DNA from: an uncultured delta proteobacterium
GTDB lineage: Bacteria > Myxococcota > Myxococcia > Myxococcales > Myxococcaceae
NCBI GenBank assembly: GCA_963771175.1
Contig: CAVYSY010000056.1
Location: 116,960-180,959 of the forward strand
Length of the DNA: 64,000 bases
Reading direction: 5' to 3'
A program made the translations under genes and the position numbers. Of this stretch, positions 49,519 to 61,406 are shown one piece after another. The notes beneath the pieces are model-generated. The model was given only the letters and a program-made list of their open reading frames with translations, had not been told where the DNA came from and ran no database searches. Each line of letters begins with the position of its first letter. Within the stretch, counting starts at the first letter, position 1.

Positions 49519-50676
49519 ATGCCCTTGTGGAAGTCTTCGCTTGCGGTGTTGCTGATCGCCGCCCTTGCCGGCTGTGGCTCGGCGGATGAGTCCGTGCGTC
49601 CCGATGCCCCCTCGACCGGGGTGTACGAAGTCGAGGCGGACGCCTCCCCCGAGGACCTCTACTTCGAGCTGGTGCGCCTGAACTCGGCCGGATTGCTGGA
49701 ACCGGGGCGCATGGACGCCATCCACCGCGCCCTGGACGAGTTGGATGAGAAGTACGAGGAAGGTACCGAGTCGCACCACGAGCAGATGCGCGTCGCCCTT
49801 GCCTCCGCCCTCCGCCGCGCGCTGCGCGACATGCGCCGGGGCGACGATGCAGCCGTGGCGGAGGCCCAGTACGAGGGTCGCGCCTATGCCGGGAAGCTGA
49901 ACCGGGCCGGAGTGCGCGAGGCGGAGCGCCATGCCGAGAACACCCTCCTCATCGCCGGCATGATGGGCGTGCCCACCAGCGAGGGAGACATGGTCCTCAT
50001 GGTGGCCATTCCTGTGGGCGGCTACCTCGTCGTCCGTGTCACGGGCGTGGCCTTCAAGCGGTTGCCGCTGCTCTTGCGGAAGCTGCGCTCGGCCGATGAT
50101 GTTTCCGAGGAAGCTGTGAAGAGGGGCTTTCGCTGGGGCTACGCCTCCAACCCGGAGGAGATGCGCGCCCTGGGGGGCGAGCTGGCGGCCCGGATAGCGG
50201 ACAACCCTCTGCCACATGTAGGTGCGGCAGATATACCACGAAGGGGGAAGCTCAATCGGTGGAATCCTTCCGGGCGAAAAGACAACTGTACTGCATGCGT
50301 GGCGGCGGTCATCCGGAACAGCATTGATGGCTACTTCAATCACTCGGCGGACGAGATGGAGCGACTCTTCGGCCACGCTGGCCGTGAGCGGCGCTTCCGG
50401 CCCGAGGACTCCCTGCGCTACATTGAGAAGGCGACCGGTCTCCGGGCTAGCAGGGCTGGTGTTGCCATCCTCGAACCGACCGCCCCCGTGGGGCATTATG
50501 CCATTTTCACGCGGTGGAACGGTGCCACCTATGAGCATGTCGTCTACGGGCGGGTCACGCCTACTGGACGGGTTGTTGTCTTCGACCCGCAGAACATGAA
50601 GCGCATGACCTATCAGGAAATGTTGAAAGAATATGGCAGAAGGGCAAAACCCCACTTGCTAGAGGAATCTCCATGA
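49519..50676 (+). CDS. Lipoprotein with a C-terminal papain-fold toxin domain (Tox-PL / Gln-deamidase-like)
   Basis: Lipobox LAGC. C-terminal NP....DNCTAC..A, EHVV and VFDPQ give a Cys-His-Asp triad. Confidence 0.75.
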   Translation: MPLWKSSLAVLLIAALAGCGSADESVRPDAPSTGVYEVEADASPEDLYFELVRLNSAGLLEPGRMDAIHRALDELDEKYEEGTESHHEQMRVALASALRRALRDMRRGDDAAVAEAQYEGRAYAGKLNRAGVREAERHAENTLLIAGMMGVPTSEGDMVLMVAIPVGGYLVVRVTGVAFKRLPLLLRKLRSADDVSEEAVKRGFRWGYASNPEEMRALGGELAARIADNPLPHVGAADIPRRGKLNRWNPSGRKDNCTACVAAVIRNSIDGYFNHSADEMERLFGHAGRERRFRPEDSLRYIEKATGLRASRAGVAILEPTAPVGHYAIFTRWNGATYEHVVYGRVTPTGRVVVFDPQNMKRMTYQEMLKEYGRRAKPHLLEESP

Positions 50677-51128
50677 GTGAAGAGATGTATTGTTGTGAGT
50701 TCTGTGGCTACGGCAGCTCAAGCAAGGAGCGTTGCACCCGCTGCGGAAGTGACATCGCTCACTGCTTCAACGAAGAGACCAATGGCATGCACGGAGTCAT
50801 GCTCCCAGCCTGGGGAAGAATAACGGTTCGCCTCCTCGAACCTTCGCACGCGGATGTTATCTGGAAAGAAGTGGGAGAGGTATGGGACTGGCTGGAGCAG
50901 CATACCGAGCATCAGTTCCTTCTCGGCCAGATGGAGAAGTTCAAGACCCAGGCAGCCTCCGTGGAACTCCATGGCTCGGAGTTCGGTGCTCGCAAGATCA
51001 AGGAGGTCCTGCAGGGCCGCGGGAGCATCGAATTCGAGGAACTGCCAGACGACCAAATCCCCCACCGCCCCATTCCTCCGCGTCCCGCCCACTGGCGCGA
51101 GCCCTACGTCCCTCGCAGGAAGCGCTGA
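50673..51128 (+). CDS. Zn-ribbon protein, candidate cognate immunity protein
   Basis: CEFC...CTRC. ATGA overlap with the toxin stop, no signal peptide. Confidence 0.65.
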   Translation: MSEEMYCCEFCGYGSSSKERCTRCGSDIAHCFNEETNGMHGVMLPAWGRITVRLLEPSHADVIWKEVGEVWDWLEQHTEHQFLLGQMEKFKTQAASVELHGSEFGARKIKEVLQGRGSIEFEELPDDQIPHRPIPPRPAHWREPYVPRRKR

Positions 51129-51146
51129 AGCGCACCCTTTCTCTTC

Positions 51147-52142
51147 ATGCGCCGCCCTCGCCACCTGCTCCTACCGGGCCTCCTGCTGTCGCTGCTGGCC
51201 CTGGCCCACTGCCGCAAGCCCGAGCCAGAAAAGCCAGCTGCCGTGGATTGCGGGGAGGATTTCAACTGCATCCTCGAGCGCGCCCCGGGCTGCCAGCCCG
51301 CCTCGGCCCTGCTCCGCCAGCAATACACCGTCGAGGGCAAGCCTCTGCAGGTGCTGGCCCGCTACGAGGTCGTAGGCCGGGTACGCGGCCGATGCCACGT
51401 TCGCCGCACCCAGATCGACCCGCCTCCTCCGCCGCCCACGCCTGATGCAGGCGCTGAGGAGGAGCCGTATGAAGAATACGAATACCTCTGGAAGAAACCC
51501 GTTCCCGTCCCCATCTTCGGGCCACGCCCGCGGGAGATGCTGCCGCCGCAGATGCAGTGCCTCTATCCCGAGGACAGGGTGATGGAGGCGCTCTGGCGCG
51601 CCCAGCACGATAGGTCCACTCAACCAGAGCTCGACCCGTGCTACCCGGGTGATGGGAGCTGTGCTCAGACTCCCATTCCCGTGCTGGCGCCAGGGTGTGT
51701 CCTGGAAGACTGCCTGCTGGGTCGGTGGACCTTCACTTGTGAAAGCATGAATGGCTCGCCGAGAAGAACCACCATTCACTCCTGCGAGGGCACGCGCCTG
51801 TCGGACGAGAACCCAGGCTGTGCCCTGCTCTGCAAGCATGGCAAGCACGAGCTCAGTTGCCGTGGTCCGCTCGGTCCTGCGCCGGGCTGGGAGCCCATCA
51901 TTCTCATGGCACGCGACGAGTTGGCGCGGCTTCCTCCGGAAAAACAGGAGGAGCTCAAGAAGCGAGAGGCGGAGCTGATCCAGAAGCGGGAGGATTATCG
52001 CCTAGGCAGGAAGCGGGAGCGCTCCTTCAAGCTGGAGGATCTGCCTCCGGAGATGCAGGCACGCATCAAGGCGCTGGACGCGGAAATAGCCCGTGAGGAG
52101 AGGGAGGCGGCGCAAAAGCACAAGGCCCAGGAGCATCGCTGA
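51147..52142 (+). CDS. Cys-rich lipoprotein with a charged helical tail
   Basis: Lipobox LAHC, more than 10 Cys, C-terminal LPPE.Q repeats. Confidence 0.7.
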   Translation: MRRPRHLLLPGLLLSLLALAHCRKPEPEKPAAVDCGEDFNCILERAPGCQPASALLRQQYTVEGKPLQVLARYEVVGRVRGRCHVRRTQIDPPPPPPTPDAGAEEEPYEEYEYLWKKPVPVPIFGPRPREMLPPQMQCLYPEDRVMEALWRAQHDRSTQPELDPCYPGDGSCAQTPIPVLAPGCVLEDCLLGRWTFTCESMNGSPRRTTIHSCEGTRLSDENPGCALLCKHGKHELSCRGPLGPAPGWEPIILMARDELARLPPEKQEELKKREAELIQKREDYRLGRKRERSFKLEDLPPEMQARIKALDAEIAREEREAAQKHKAQEHR

Positions 52143-52234
52143 AGGCCAGGGGGCACAATCCCCCCGAGCCGCAAGCAGCGTCAGGCCCAACGAGCCACGG
52201 ATGGAGGTACTCCGCGGTAGGCACCCGCGCCGGA

Positions 52235-52642
52235 CTACGTCGCGGCCGGGTGGCAACTCACGCCCAGCGGCAGGCCCACCGAGGCGAGCGCCACCAACTC
52301 CTCCGGAGTGAGCTCGAAGTTGCACTGCGTCTCATAGGCAACCACCAGGTACAGCGTGGCCTCGGTGGCACCCGCGGCCCGGAGGTCCGGCAGCGTCTCC
52401 TTCAGCGCCCGCAGCGGCTCCATCACCGAGGCCCCCGGCTCCAGGTCATCGTCGAGCAGCACCAGCATGGCGCTCCCGTACGGCAGGGGCTCGCCCTTGT
52501 ACCGCCCCGAGGGTGCCACGTCGCCGGGCTCGTTCTTGTCCACCAGGACGAGCCCCGAGCGCTCCTCGGCGAGCGAGGGAGAGAAGGAGTCCCCCTGGAG
52601 GAGGCAGTACAGGAAGCGCCGCGTGGAGAGCCGCTGACTCAT
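52235..52642 (-). CDS. DUF4279-like hypothetical protein
   Basis: FSPS....SG.......PG....GR; C-terminal FEL.PE.L..LA.VGL.LGVS. Confidence 0.5.
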   Translation of the reverse strand: MSQRLSTRRFLYCLLQGDSFSPSLAEERSGLVLVDKNEPGDVAPSGRYKGEPLPYGSAMLVLLDDDLEPGASVMEPLRALKETLPDLRAAGATEATLYLVVAYETQCNFELTPEELVALASVGLPLGVSCHPAAT

Positions 52643-52654
52643 GGGCGCCCTACC

Positions 52655-53032
52655 TCACCCCAGGTCCACCCGGAGCGCCAGACGCCGCTGCCCCGCCCTC
52701 GAGTGCACCCCCGAGCGCTGGGCCGCGGGCGGCCTCGAACGTCTCCCGCCGACAGAGGGCCTCGCCGCCGGAGCCGAGGCCTCGACGCACTCCGGACCCA
52801 GCAGGTCATCCAGGGAGCCGCTCAGCACCCGCTGCATCCGCCGCAACGTCGCGGCGCTCGGCACGGTGCTCGGGCTGCCTCGCTCGAAGCGGCCGTAGGC
52901 ATGCTCGGGCATGCCGATGCGCCGGGCCATCTCCGCCTGGGAGAGCTCCACGAGCTCCCGGACGATGCGGAGGGTCTTCCGAAGGGGTTGAGCCAATCGT
53001 TTCCGGACCTCGGGAGGCACATGACCTGGCAT
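52655..53032 (-). CDS. XRE-family helix-turn-helix regulator
   Basis: LSQAEMARRIGM....YGRFERG...PS..TL......SLDDLLG. Confidence 0.85.
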   Translation of the reverse strand: MPGHVPPEVRKRLAQPLRKTLRIVRELVELSQAEMARRIGMPEHAYGRFERGSPSTVPSAATLRRMQRVLSGSLDDLLGPECVEASAPAARPSVGGRRSRPPAAQRSGVHSRAGQRRLALRVDLG

Positions 53033-53105
53033 GGTGGCCACAACCCTAGCGACTCGTGACGTCAAGTCAACCCAGAACCCCATTTTACCGGTCATCCACC
53101 AGACC

Positions 53106-53169
53106 CCCGCCGTTTCAGGTAGGCCTCATTCCAGGAGTCATGGGTGTCGCTCCCGTCGTTTCAAGTAGG
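53106..53169. repeat. 18-bp imperfect direct repeat pair
   Basis: CCCGCCGTTTCAGGTAGG at 53106 and CCCGTCGTTTCAAGTAGG at 53152, 16/18 identical. Confidence 0.6.
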
Positions 53170-53280
53170 GTCGCACGGGCTGTCGGTTGGGAGACAGAAG
53201 CCAGAGCCGGGACGTCCGGAACCGGGCGCCTGCCCTGGTGGGCACCTGCGAGACGGTGGCGCGCATGCTCCGCTGCCGCC

Positions 53281-53927
53281 GTGCCACCTGCGCAACGCCC
53301 ACAACCCGCGCCCATCCGCCTCGCCCACTGGGCCAACGTGCCGCTGTTGGCCATCCTCGCCGCGAGCGGGCTTCAAATCCTCGTCGCCTACCCCATGATG
53401 GGGCCGCAGGGAGCGCCCTACGGCTGGTACCCCTTCCAGGGCGTGCCGCCTCCCGAGTGGAGCCGGCTGGGCGGATGGCTCGCCGGCGCGCGGCACTGGC
53501 ACTTCGCCTTCGGCTGGTTCTTCGTCTTCAACGGCCTGGCCTACGTGGCCTACCTCTTCGCCAGCGGCGAGTGGCGACGGCGCCTCTTCCTCCCCCGGCG
53601 GGACACGCGCAACGCGCTGCACATGGCGGCCTACTACCTCCGGCTGCGCAAGGAGGCCCCGCCGCAGGACCCCTACAACGGCCTGCAGCGCTTCGCGTAC
53701 ACGGGCGTGCTGGGACTGGCCTTCTCGCGGTGCTCTCCGGGCTCGTCCTCTACAAGCCCGTGCAACTGCGCTGGCTGACGGCCCTCTTCGGCGGCTACGA
53801 CCCGGCGCGCGCGGTGCACCTCCTCGTGCTCGCGCTGCTGGCCTTCTTCACGGTGGGGCACGTGCTGCTGGTGGCGCTCCACCCGCGCACGCTCCTCGAG
53901 ATGGTGACGGGAGGCCGAGCCCCATGA
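53281..53927 (+). CDS. Di-heme cytochrome b membrane subunit; frameshift near 53722
   Basis: IRLAHW.N, SGLQI, RHWHF, YNGLQR.AY, R.VHL, GHV. Confidence 0.8.
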
Positions 53928-54636
53928 ATGACCCGAGGCGAGAAGCGGCTCCTCACCCGACGCACCTGGCTGCTCGGCGCGGCGGCGGCTGGCCCTGGGC
54001 GCGTGCGACAGCAGCCGGCCCCGCCAGGGCTTCCTGGGCGTCATGGAGCGCTTCAACCAGCGCGTCCAGGCCGGGCTCTTCAGCCCCGAGCGACTCGCGC
54101 CCGAGGAGCCGCCCGAGAACCTCACGCCGCCCCGGGGCCTTCCCGCAGTACTACATCTCCCCGCGAGTGCCGCTGGCGCCAGCCGGCTGGGCCCTGAAGG
54201 TGGGTGGGCTCGTGCAGCGCCCCACGGTGCTGTCGCTGGAGGACCTGACGCGGCTGCCGCGCACGGACTACCGCATCCGCCACCACTGCGTGGAGGGCTG
54301 GAGCGCGGTCGCCGCGTGGCACGGCGTGCGGGTGAGCGAGCTGGCGAAGCTCGTGGGCGCGGACCCACGCGCCACCTTCGTGGAGTTCCGCTCGTTCGAC
54401 GCGGACTACTTCTCGTCCTGGGACGGGCCGAGCGCCTTCCACCCTCAGACGATTCTCGCCTACGGGATGAACGGCCAACCGCTGCGACCCGAGCACGGCG
54501 CGCCGCTGCGCCTCTACTCGGGGGTGAAGCTCGGCTACAAGATGGTGAAGTACCTCACCGAGGTGAACTTCCTCCCAGAGCCCACGGGTGGCTACCTGGG
54601 AGGACTCGCGGCTACGAGTGGTACGCCGGGGTGTGA
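53928..54636 (+). CDS. Molybdopterin-dependent oxidoreductase (MsrP / sulfite oxidase family) with Tat signal; frameshifted
   Basis: TRRTWL, HHCVEGWS, LAYGMNG.PL..EHGAPLRL, LGYKMVKY. Confidence 0.82.
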
Positions 54637-54637
54637 C

Positions 54638-55061
54638 TCAGCCGGCCCTCTTGCCCACCAGGGAGGGCAGCCCCGCCGCCTCGGCCTTGCGGTCCGCGAG
54701 CAGCGCCCGCAGGGCGTCGTCGCGCGACGGCGTAGACGTTCACCGCGGCGCCGTTGATGGTGCCGCTGGTGCTGACGAACATCCGCGTCATCTCGTCACC
54801 GCCGAAGCGGAACGAGCGCTTGGTGTAGCGCGCCAGCACCTCGGTGCGCTCGCGCCCGAAGACGCGGCCCGCCGTGTACTTCACCACCAGCCCATCCAGG
54901 TTGATGAGCAGGTCCACCTTCGAGGGGTGGCGGGACAGGTAGCCCTCCACCTCGGTGCGCCAGCGCGCCACGTCCAACGAGTTGTTGAGGATGCAGTCCT
55001 GGAACGTCGCCGTGACGACGTCGTGCACCTCGTCGTATTCGAAGGACATCTTCCACGCCAT
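54638..55061 (-). CDS. Hypothetical protein, STAS/SpoIIAA-like; frameshift near 54730
   Basis: MAWKMSFEYDE... alpha/beta pattern with VDLLINLDGL, ending ..RDDAL.AL. AGGAGG RBS. Confidence 0.55.
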
Positions 55062-55075
55062 GGCGACTCCTCCTA

Positions 55076-55858
55076 CTACCGACCCAGACCCGCCAGGAAG
55101 GACGTGAGAAGTGCGGCCGTCTCGGCGGAGCGCTCCACCGCCGGGTAGTGCCCCGGCCCCGGCAGGTACGCCAGCCGCGCGCCCTGGATGGGGTTCACCA
55201 CCTTCTCGCGCAGGAAGGCCGGCGGCAGGAAGGGGTCGTCCGTGGCCACCACCAGGGTGGGCGCGGTGATGGAGGCCAGCTTCGCCTCGAAGCCACCGCC
55301 CGTCCACGCATCGAAGCTGCCCTCGATGGACGCCTTCGCCACCGTGCCCGCGTCCTTCAGCACCCGCTCCAGCGCGGCCTCCGAGAGCTGCTTGCACGCC
55401 AGCCCGAGGATGATCTTCTGCTTCTCGCGGTCGTTCGCCGAGCTGCGGAACAGCCCCACCGCATCGGGCGGGAGCTGCATGCCGGAGGCCGGCACCGTGT
55501 TGAGCAGCACCAGGCCCTCCACGCGCGAGGGCTCCTGCGCGGCAATCCACTGGGCGAGCTGCCCGCCCATGCTGTGGCCCACCACGGTGAAGCGCTTCAG
55601 GCCGGCGTGGTCCGCCACGGCCAGCACGTCGCGCACGTGCTGCTCGAGCGTGTAGCCACCCGCGGGAGAACCGGACTGGCCCGAGCCGCGCAGGTCCGGA
55701 ATCACCAGCCGCAGGCCGGTGTGGTCCAGCTTCTCCACGAGCTCGTCGTACACCGCGCCGGACACCATCCAGCCGTGGACGAGCAGCACATTGCGAGGCC
55801 CGTCTCCGAGCACACGGTAGTGGATGGGCGTTTGATCGCTGGAAGCAACAGAGGGCAT
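55076..55858 (-). CDS. Alpha/beta hydrolase
   Basis: LVHGW, DLRGSG.S, GHSMGG, GHYP..E. Confidence 0.9.
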   Translation of the reverse strand: MPSVASSDQTPIHYRVLGDGPRNVLLVHGWMVSGAVYDELVEKLDHTGLRLVIPDLRGSGQSGSPAGGYTLEQHVRDVLAVADHAGLKRFTVVGHSMGGQLAQWIAAQEPSRVEGLVLLNTVPASGMQLPPDAVGLFRSSANDREKQKIILGLACKQLSEAALERVLKDAGTVAKASIEGSFDAWTGGGFEAKLASITAPTLVVATDDPFLPPAFLREKVVNPIQGARLAYLPGPGHYPAVERSAETAALLTSFLAGLGR

Positions 55859-56210
55859 GTGAGGCGTCTCCTCAGAAGAGGGATTCCGCGGCGGGGGGCG
55901 CTGCGGCGAGGGACAGCAGGAGTAGGGGCGGATGTTAAACGAACTTTCCGGCGAACATGTAGTCGCCACCCCGAAGAAAGCACCGCACCGCGCAGGCACA
56001 CCCCGGCCCACGTGCGCTGACACACCGCGCCAGGATCGTGCGCCCGTGGAATTTCCCTGCTCATAAACCAGCAGAGCGCGGGAGACAGGGAGAGTCCGGC
56101 GTACCCTGAATTGCTCAAGGAGGAGAGGTGGTGGAAGGTAGGGCAGACGGGCAAGCGCGGGCCCGCCCTGCCGACCGTCCCCTACCCCCCTTCCGCGCTG
56201 GAGTCACTCC

Positions 56211-58607
56211 ATGAAGCTTGCACCCGGAAACCGCCGCTCCTGGCGCGCCCTGCTCACAGCGGGCCTCTTCGCCACCCCGTTCCTCTCGTGTGGCCCGGCC
56301 GAGCAGGTCGCTCCGCTGGCCCTCGAGGGCGGTCAGGAGGCCGTGGGCACCCAGGAGCAGGGCGCCATCTCCTGGACGCTCGGCGCGCAGTACGACGCGA
56401 CGAAGACCAACATCAACTTCAACGTCTACTCCTCGCGCGCCACCCGCATCGAGCTCTACATCTACAAGACGGCCCAGGGCGCGCAGGAGGTCGTGAAGTA
56501 TGTGATGACCAAGAACGCGACCACCAACGTCTGGTCGAAGTCGGTTGCCGTCTCCACGCTCCAGACGACCTACGGCATCACCGGCCCGGTGTACTACGGC
56601 TACCGCGCCTGGGGTCCCGAACTGGACGTACAACTCGAGCTGGACCAAGGGCTCCAGCCTGGGCTTCATCTCGGACGTCGACGCCAACGGCAACCGCTTC
56701 AACCCGAACAAGCTGCTGGTGGACCCGTACGCGCTGGAAATCAGCCACGACCCGACCAACGCCGACCAACACGGACGGCACCCTCTACGCCTCCGGCGCC
56801 ACCCACCGGCTCAAGGACAGCGGCGCCCAGGCGCCCAAGGGCATCGTCCTGGCGCCGGACACCACCAGCTACGGCACCAAGCCCACGCGCGCCCTCAAGG
56901 ACGACGTCATCTACGAGGTGCACGTGCGCGGCCTCACCAAGGGCGACTCGAGCATCGCCGCCGCCTACCGGGGCACCTACAAGGGCGCGGGCGCTGAAGG
57001 CCGCGTCGCTGGCGGCGCTCGGCGTCACCGCGGTGGAGTTCCTCCCGCGTGCAGGAGACGGACAACGACGACAACGACGTCGTCCCCCACCACCACCACG
57101 GACGACAACTACTGGGGCTACATGACCCTCAACTTCTTCGCGCCGGATCGCCGCTACTCCTACGACAAGACGGCGGGCGGCCCCACGCGCGAGTTCAAGG
57201 AGATGGTGAAGGCCTTCCACGACGACGGCATCAAGGTCTTCATCGACGTGGTCTACAACCACACCGGCGAGGGCGGCGCGTGGAGCAGCACGGACAAGAC
57301 CACGTACAACGTCTTCACGTTCCGCGGCCTGGACAACCCCACGTACTACAGCGCTGACCAGCGACATGCAGAACAGCTGGGACAACACGGGCGTGGGCGG
57401 CAACTTCAACACCTTCAACCCGGTGACGCAGGACCTCATCGTCGACTCGCTGAAGTACTGGAAGGACGAGCTGGGCGTGGACGGCTTCCGCTTCGACCTG
57501 GCCTCGGTGCTCGGCAACACCTGCCAGCACGGCTGCTTCAACTACGACAAGACTGAACACCGGGCACGGCGCTCAACCGCATCTGGCGCGACCTGCCCCC
57601 GCGCCCGGCCGCCGGCGGCACCGGCGCGGACCTCATCGCCGAGCCGTGGGCCATCGGTGGCAACAGCTACCAGGTGGGCAACTTCCCCGGCGGCTGGTCC
57701 GAGTGGAACGGCATCTACCGCGACACCCTCCGCAAGGACCAGAACCAGCTGGGCGTGGAGACGGTGACGCCGGGCGCAGCTGGCCACGCGCTTCGCGGGC
57801 TCGTCGGACCTGTACGGCGACGACGGCCGCAAGCCCGTTCAACTCCATCAACTTCATGGTCGCCCACGACGGCATGACGCTGAAGGACCTCTACGCCTGC
57901 AACAGCAAGAACAACCTCCAGGCCGTGGCCCTACGGCCCGTCCGATGGCGGCGAGGACAACAACCACAGCTGGGACCAGGGCGGGATGCGCGGCCGACCA
58001 GCGCAAGGCGGCGCGCAACGGCTTCGCCTTCCTGATGCTCAGCGCCGGCACGCCGATGTTCACCGGCGGCGACGAGTTCCTGCGCACCCAGTACTGCAAC
58101 AACAACGTCTACAACCTGGACTCGAGCGCCAACTGGCTGAACTACTCGCTGAGCACGGACCAGACGAACTTCAAGACGTTCGCCCAGCGGCTCATCGCGT
58201 TCCGCAAGGCGCACCCGGCGCTGCGTCCGGCCAACTTCTTCAGCGGCGTGGACACCAACGGCAACGTGATGGAGCAGATGCGCTGGTTCCAGCCGAGCGG
58301 CGCCGTGGCCGACTCCACGTACATGGGCAACGGCAGCAACCACGCGCTGGCCTTCCGCATCGACGGCACCGAGTTCGGTGACACGGCGAGCGCCATCTAC
58401 GTGGCCTACAACGGCTGGAGCGGCGCGGTGAACTTCTCGCTGCCGTGGCCGGGCACCGGCAAGAGCTGGTACCGCGTCACCGACACCTGCCCCTGGGCCG
58501 AGGGCGCCAGCCAGGTGCGCAGCCCCGGCTCCGAGGACTTCATCGGCGGCGAGGGCTACAGCTACGGCGTGTGCGGCCGCGGCCTGCTGCTGCTGATCGC
58601 CAAGTAG
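56211..58607 (+). CDS. Secreted (lipoprotein) isoamylase / glycogen-debranching enzyme, GH13; several frameshifts
   Basis: Lipobox [72 protein letters not shown]. Confidence 0.88.
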
Positions 58608-58626
58608 TCCGCTGATACAGGGTGGT

Positions 58627-59961
58627 TCATTCGCGGGGCGCGGTGCCGGTAGGGGCCGCGCCCCGTGGTGTTTCCAGGGAACCGGGAGCCTCCGCGTCCA
58701 GCGGCAGCGGGGCGCTCGCCGAGCGCAGCAGGGCCAGGGCGGGCTGCTCGCGGCGCAGCGCCACGTACTCCTTCACCGCCACCTCGAGGCCCACATCCCG
58801 CTTCGCCCGCTCCGACAAGAACCACTTGTGCTCCAGCACCTGGCAATAGAGCTCGGCCTCGTCCGCCGCCGGCCCGAGCTCCCGCTGCAACTGGCTCAGC
58901 GTCGGCCGGAAGCGCTCGTCCAACCAGCGGAACGCCGCCACGCTCAGGGGCACGCTCCGGTTCAGCTCGCGTGACAGCGTGGCCTTCAGCTCGCGCACCT
59001 CGTTGAGCAGCAGCGCCGCCTGCCGCTCCTCCGCCACCACTCCCGTCAGGTTGTGGAGCTGGTGCCGGTGGTACTCGCGGTCCGTCACGATGGTCCGCAT
59101 CCGGAGCTGGCTCCCGTCCCCACTCGCCACCAGGTCCACCTCCCCCACCGAGAAACCCAGCTCGTTGAGCGCACGAATGCGCTCGTGGATGCGGTAGCTC
59201 TCGCTCGGCGCGATGGAAATCTCCTTGTGGGTCTCCGACCACAGCCGCTCGTAGCGCTGACGGATGCTCGGGGCCGTCTCGTACACGTCGAGCGTGGACG
59301 GCAGCTCCACCATCGCCGCGAGGTCCGCGAGCCCTCCGGTGATGTTCTCCTCCAGGATGAGCAGGTCCAGCTCGCGCTGACCGTCCGAGAGCTTCGGGTG
59401 CAGCTCCGAGGTCTCCGCGTCCACTGCGTACGCCTGGAGCTCGCCCGCGTCGCGGCGGAAGAGGACGTTGGACAGGGAGCAGTCGCCCCAGAAGAAGCCG
59501 CCCAGGTGCAGCCGCACGAGCAGGCTGGCCATGGCGTCCAGCAGCCGCTCGCGGTAGCGCTCCAGGCCCTTGTTCATGAAGAGGACGCGGTAGGGCAGCG
59601 ACGAGGCGAGGTACTGGGTGATGAGGATGCCCATCTCGTCCCCCGGCTCGCCCGGAGCCCTCACGCGCGCGAGCCCCACCGCCGTCACCGCCGGCAGGCG
59701 GCGCTCCTCCAGCCCGCGCAGCGCGTCGTACTCGCGCTGGCCCACGCTCACGGGCAGCTCCTTCAGCGCGTAGATGTCCGCGCCGTAGCTGACGAAGACG
59801 ACCGTGTGCCGCGAGAGGCCTCGGGGCATCTCCACGATGCGAGAGCACACCTCCGGGCTCCACTCCTCCAGGGGCCGGTGCCACGGCAGGTCCAGGAAGT
59901 CCGGGTGCCCTTGCCGGAGGTGCAGCGCGGTGAGCCCACGAGGAGCGGTCATGCCCCTCAT
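58627..59961 (-). CDS. DUF4032-domain protein with an LPS-kinase-like N-terminal domain
   Basis: LDLPW..PL.EW, GLSRH.V.FV, LH..GFFWGDCSLSN.LFRRDAG, VDAET.ELH, LEHKWFLSER. Confidence 0.85.
   Translation of the reverse strand: MRGMTAPRGLTALHLRQGHPDFLDLPWHRPLEEWSPEVCSRIVEMPRGLSRHTVVFVSYGADIYALKELPVSVGQREYDALRGLEERRLPAVTAVGLARVRAPGEPGDEMGILITQYLASSLPYRVLFMNKGLERYRERLLDAMASLLVRLHLGGFFWGDCSLSNVLFRRDAGELQAYAVDAETSELHPKLSDGQRELDLLILEENITGGLADLAAMVELPSTLDVYETAPSIRQRYERLWSETHKEISIAPSESYRIHERIRALNELGFSVGEVDLVASGDGSQLRMRTIVTDREYHRHQLHNLTGVVAEERQAALLLNEVRELKATLSRELNRSVPLSVAAFRWLDERFRPTLSQLQRELGPAADEAELYCQVLEHKWFLSERAKRDVGLEVAVKEYVALRREQPALALLRSASAPLPLDAEAPGSLETPRGAAPTGTAPRE
58634..58665. terminator. GC-rich 10-bp stem hairpin where the isoamylase and DUF4032 genes converge
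   Basis: CGGGGCGCGG-N12-CCGCGCCCCG, with a weak U-tract. Confidence 0.4.
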
Positions 59962-60041
59962 CTTACGGGCTCGGAGAACAGGACCGAGAGAGCCCTCTGC
60001 CAACGCCCCCTCCCCGCAACACCGAGGGGGAGGCCGGGGCA

Positions 60042-61242
<1,201 letters not shown>

Positions 61243-61406
61243 CGGAATCCTCGGGCTGGGACGGGAACATCCAACACCCGGTCCGGCCTTCACCGCCAGT
61301 GACTCTTGCTTCGTGGGGCCGATGTTCCCGCCAGGCCGCTAGAACACCAGGCGGGCGTCCCGACCACTGTTCATTCCAGGGGCCGCGTGGTAGCGGACGG
61401 CGCGGC

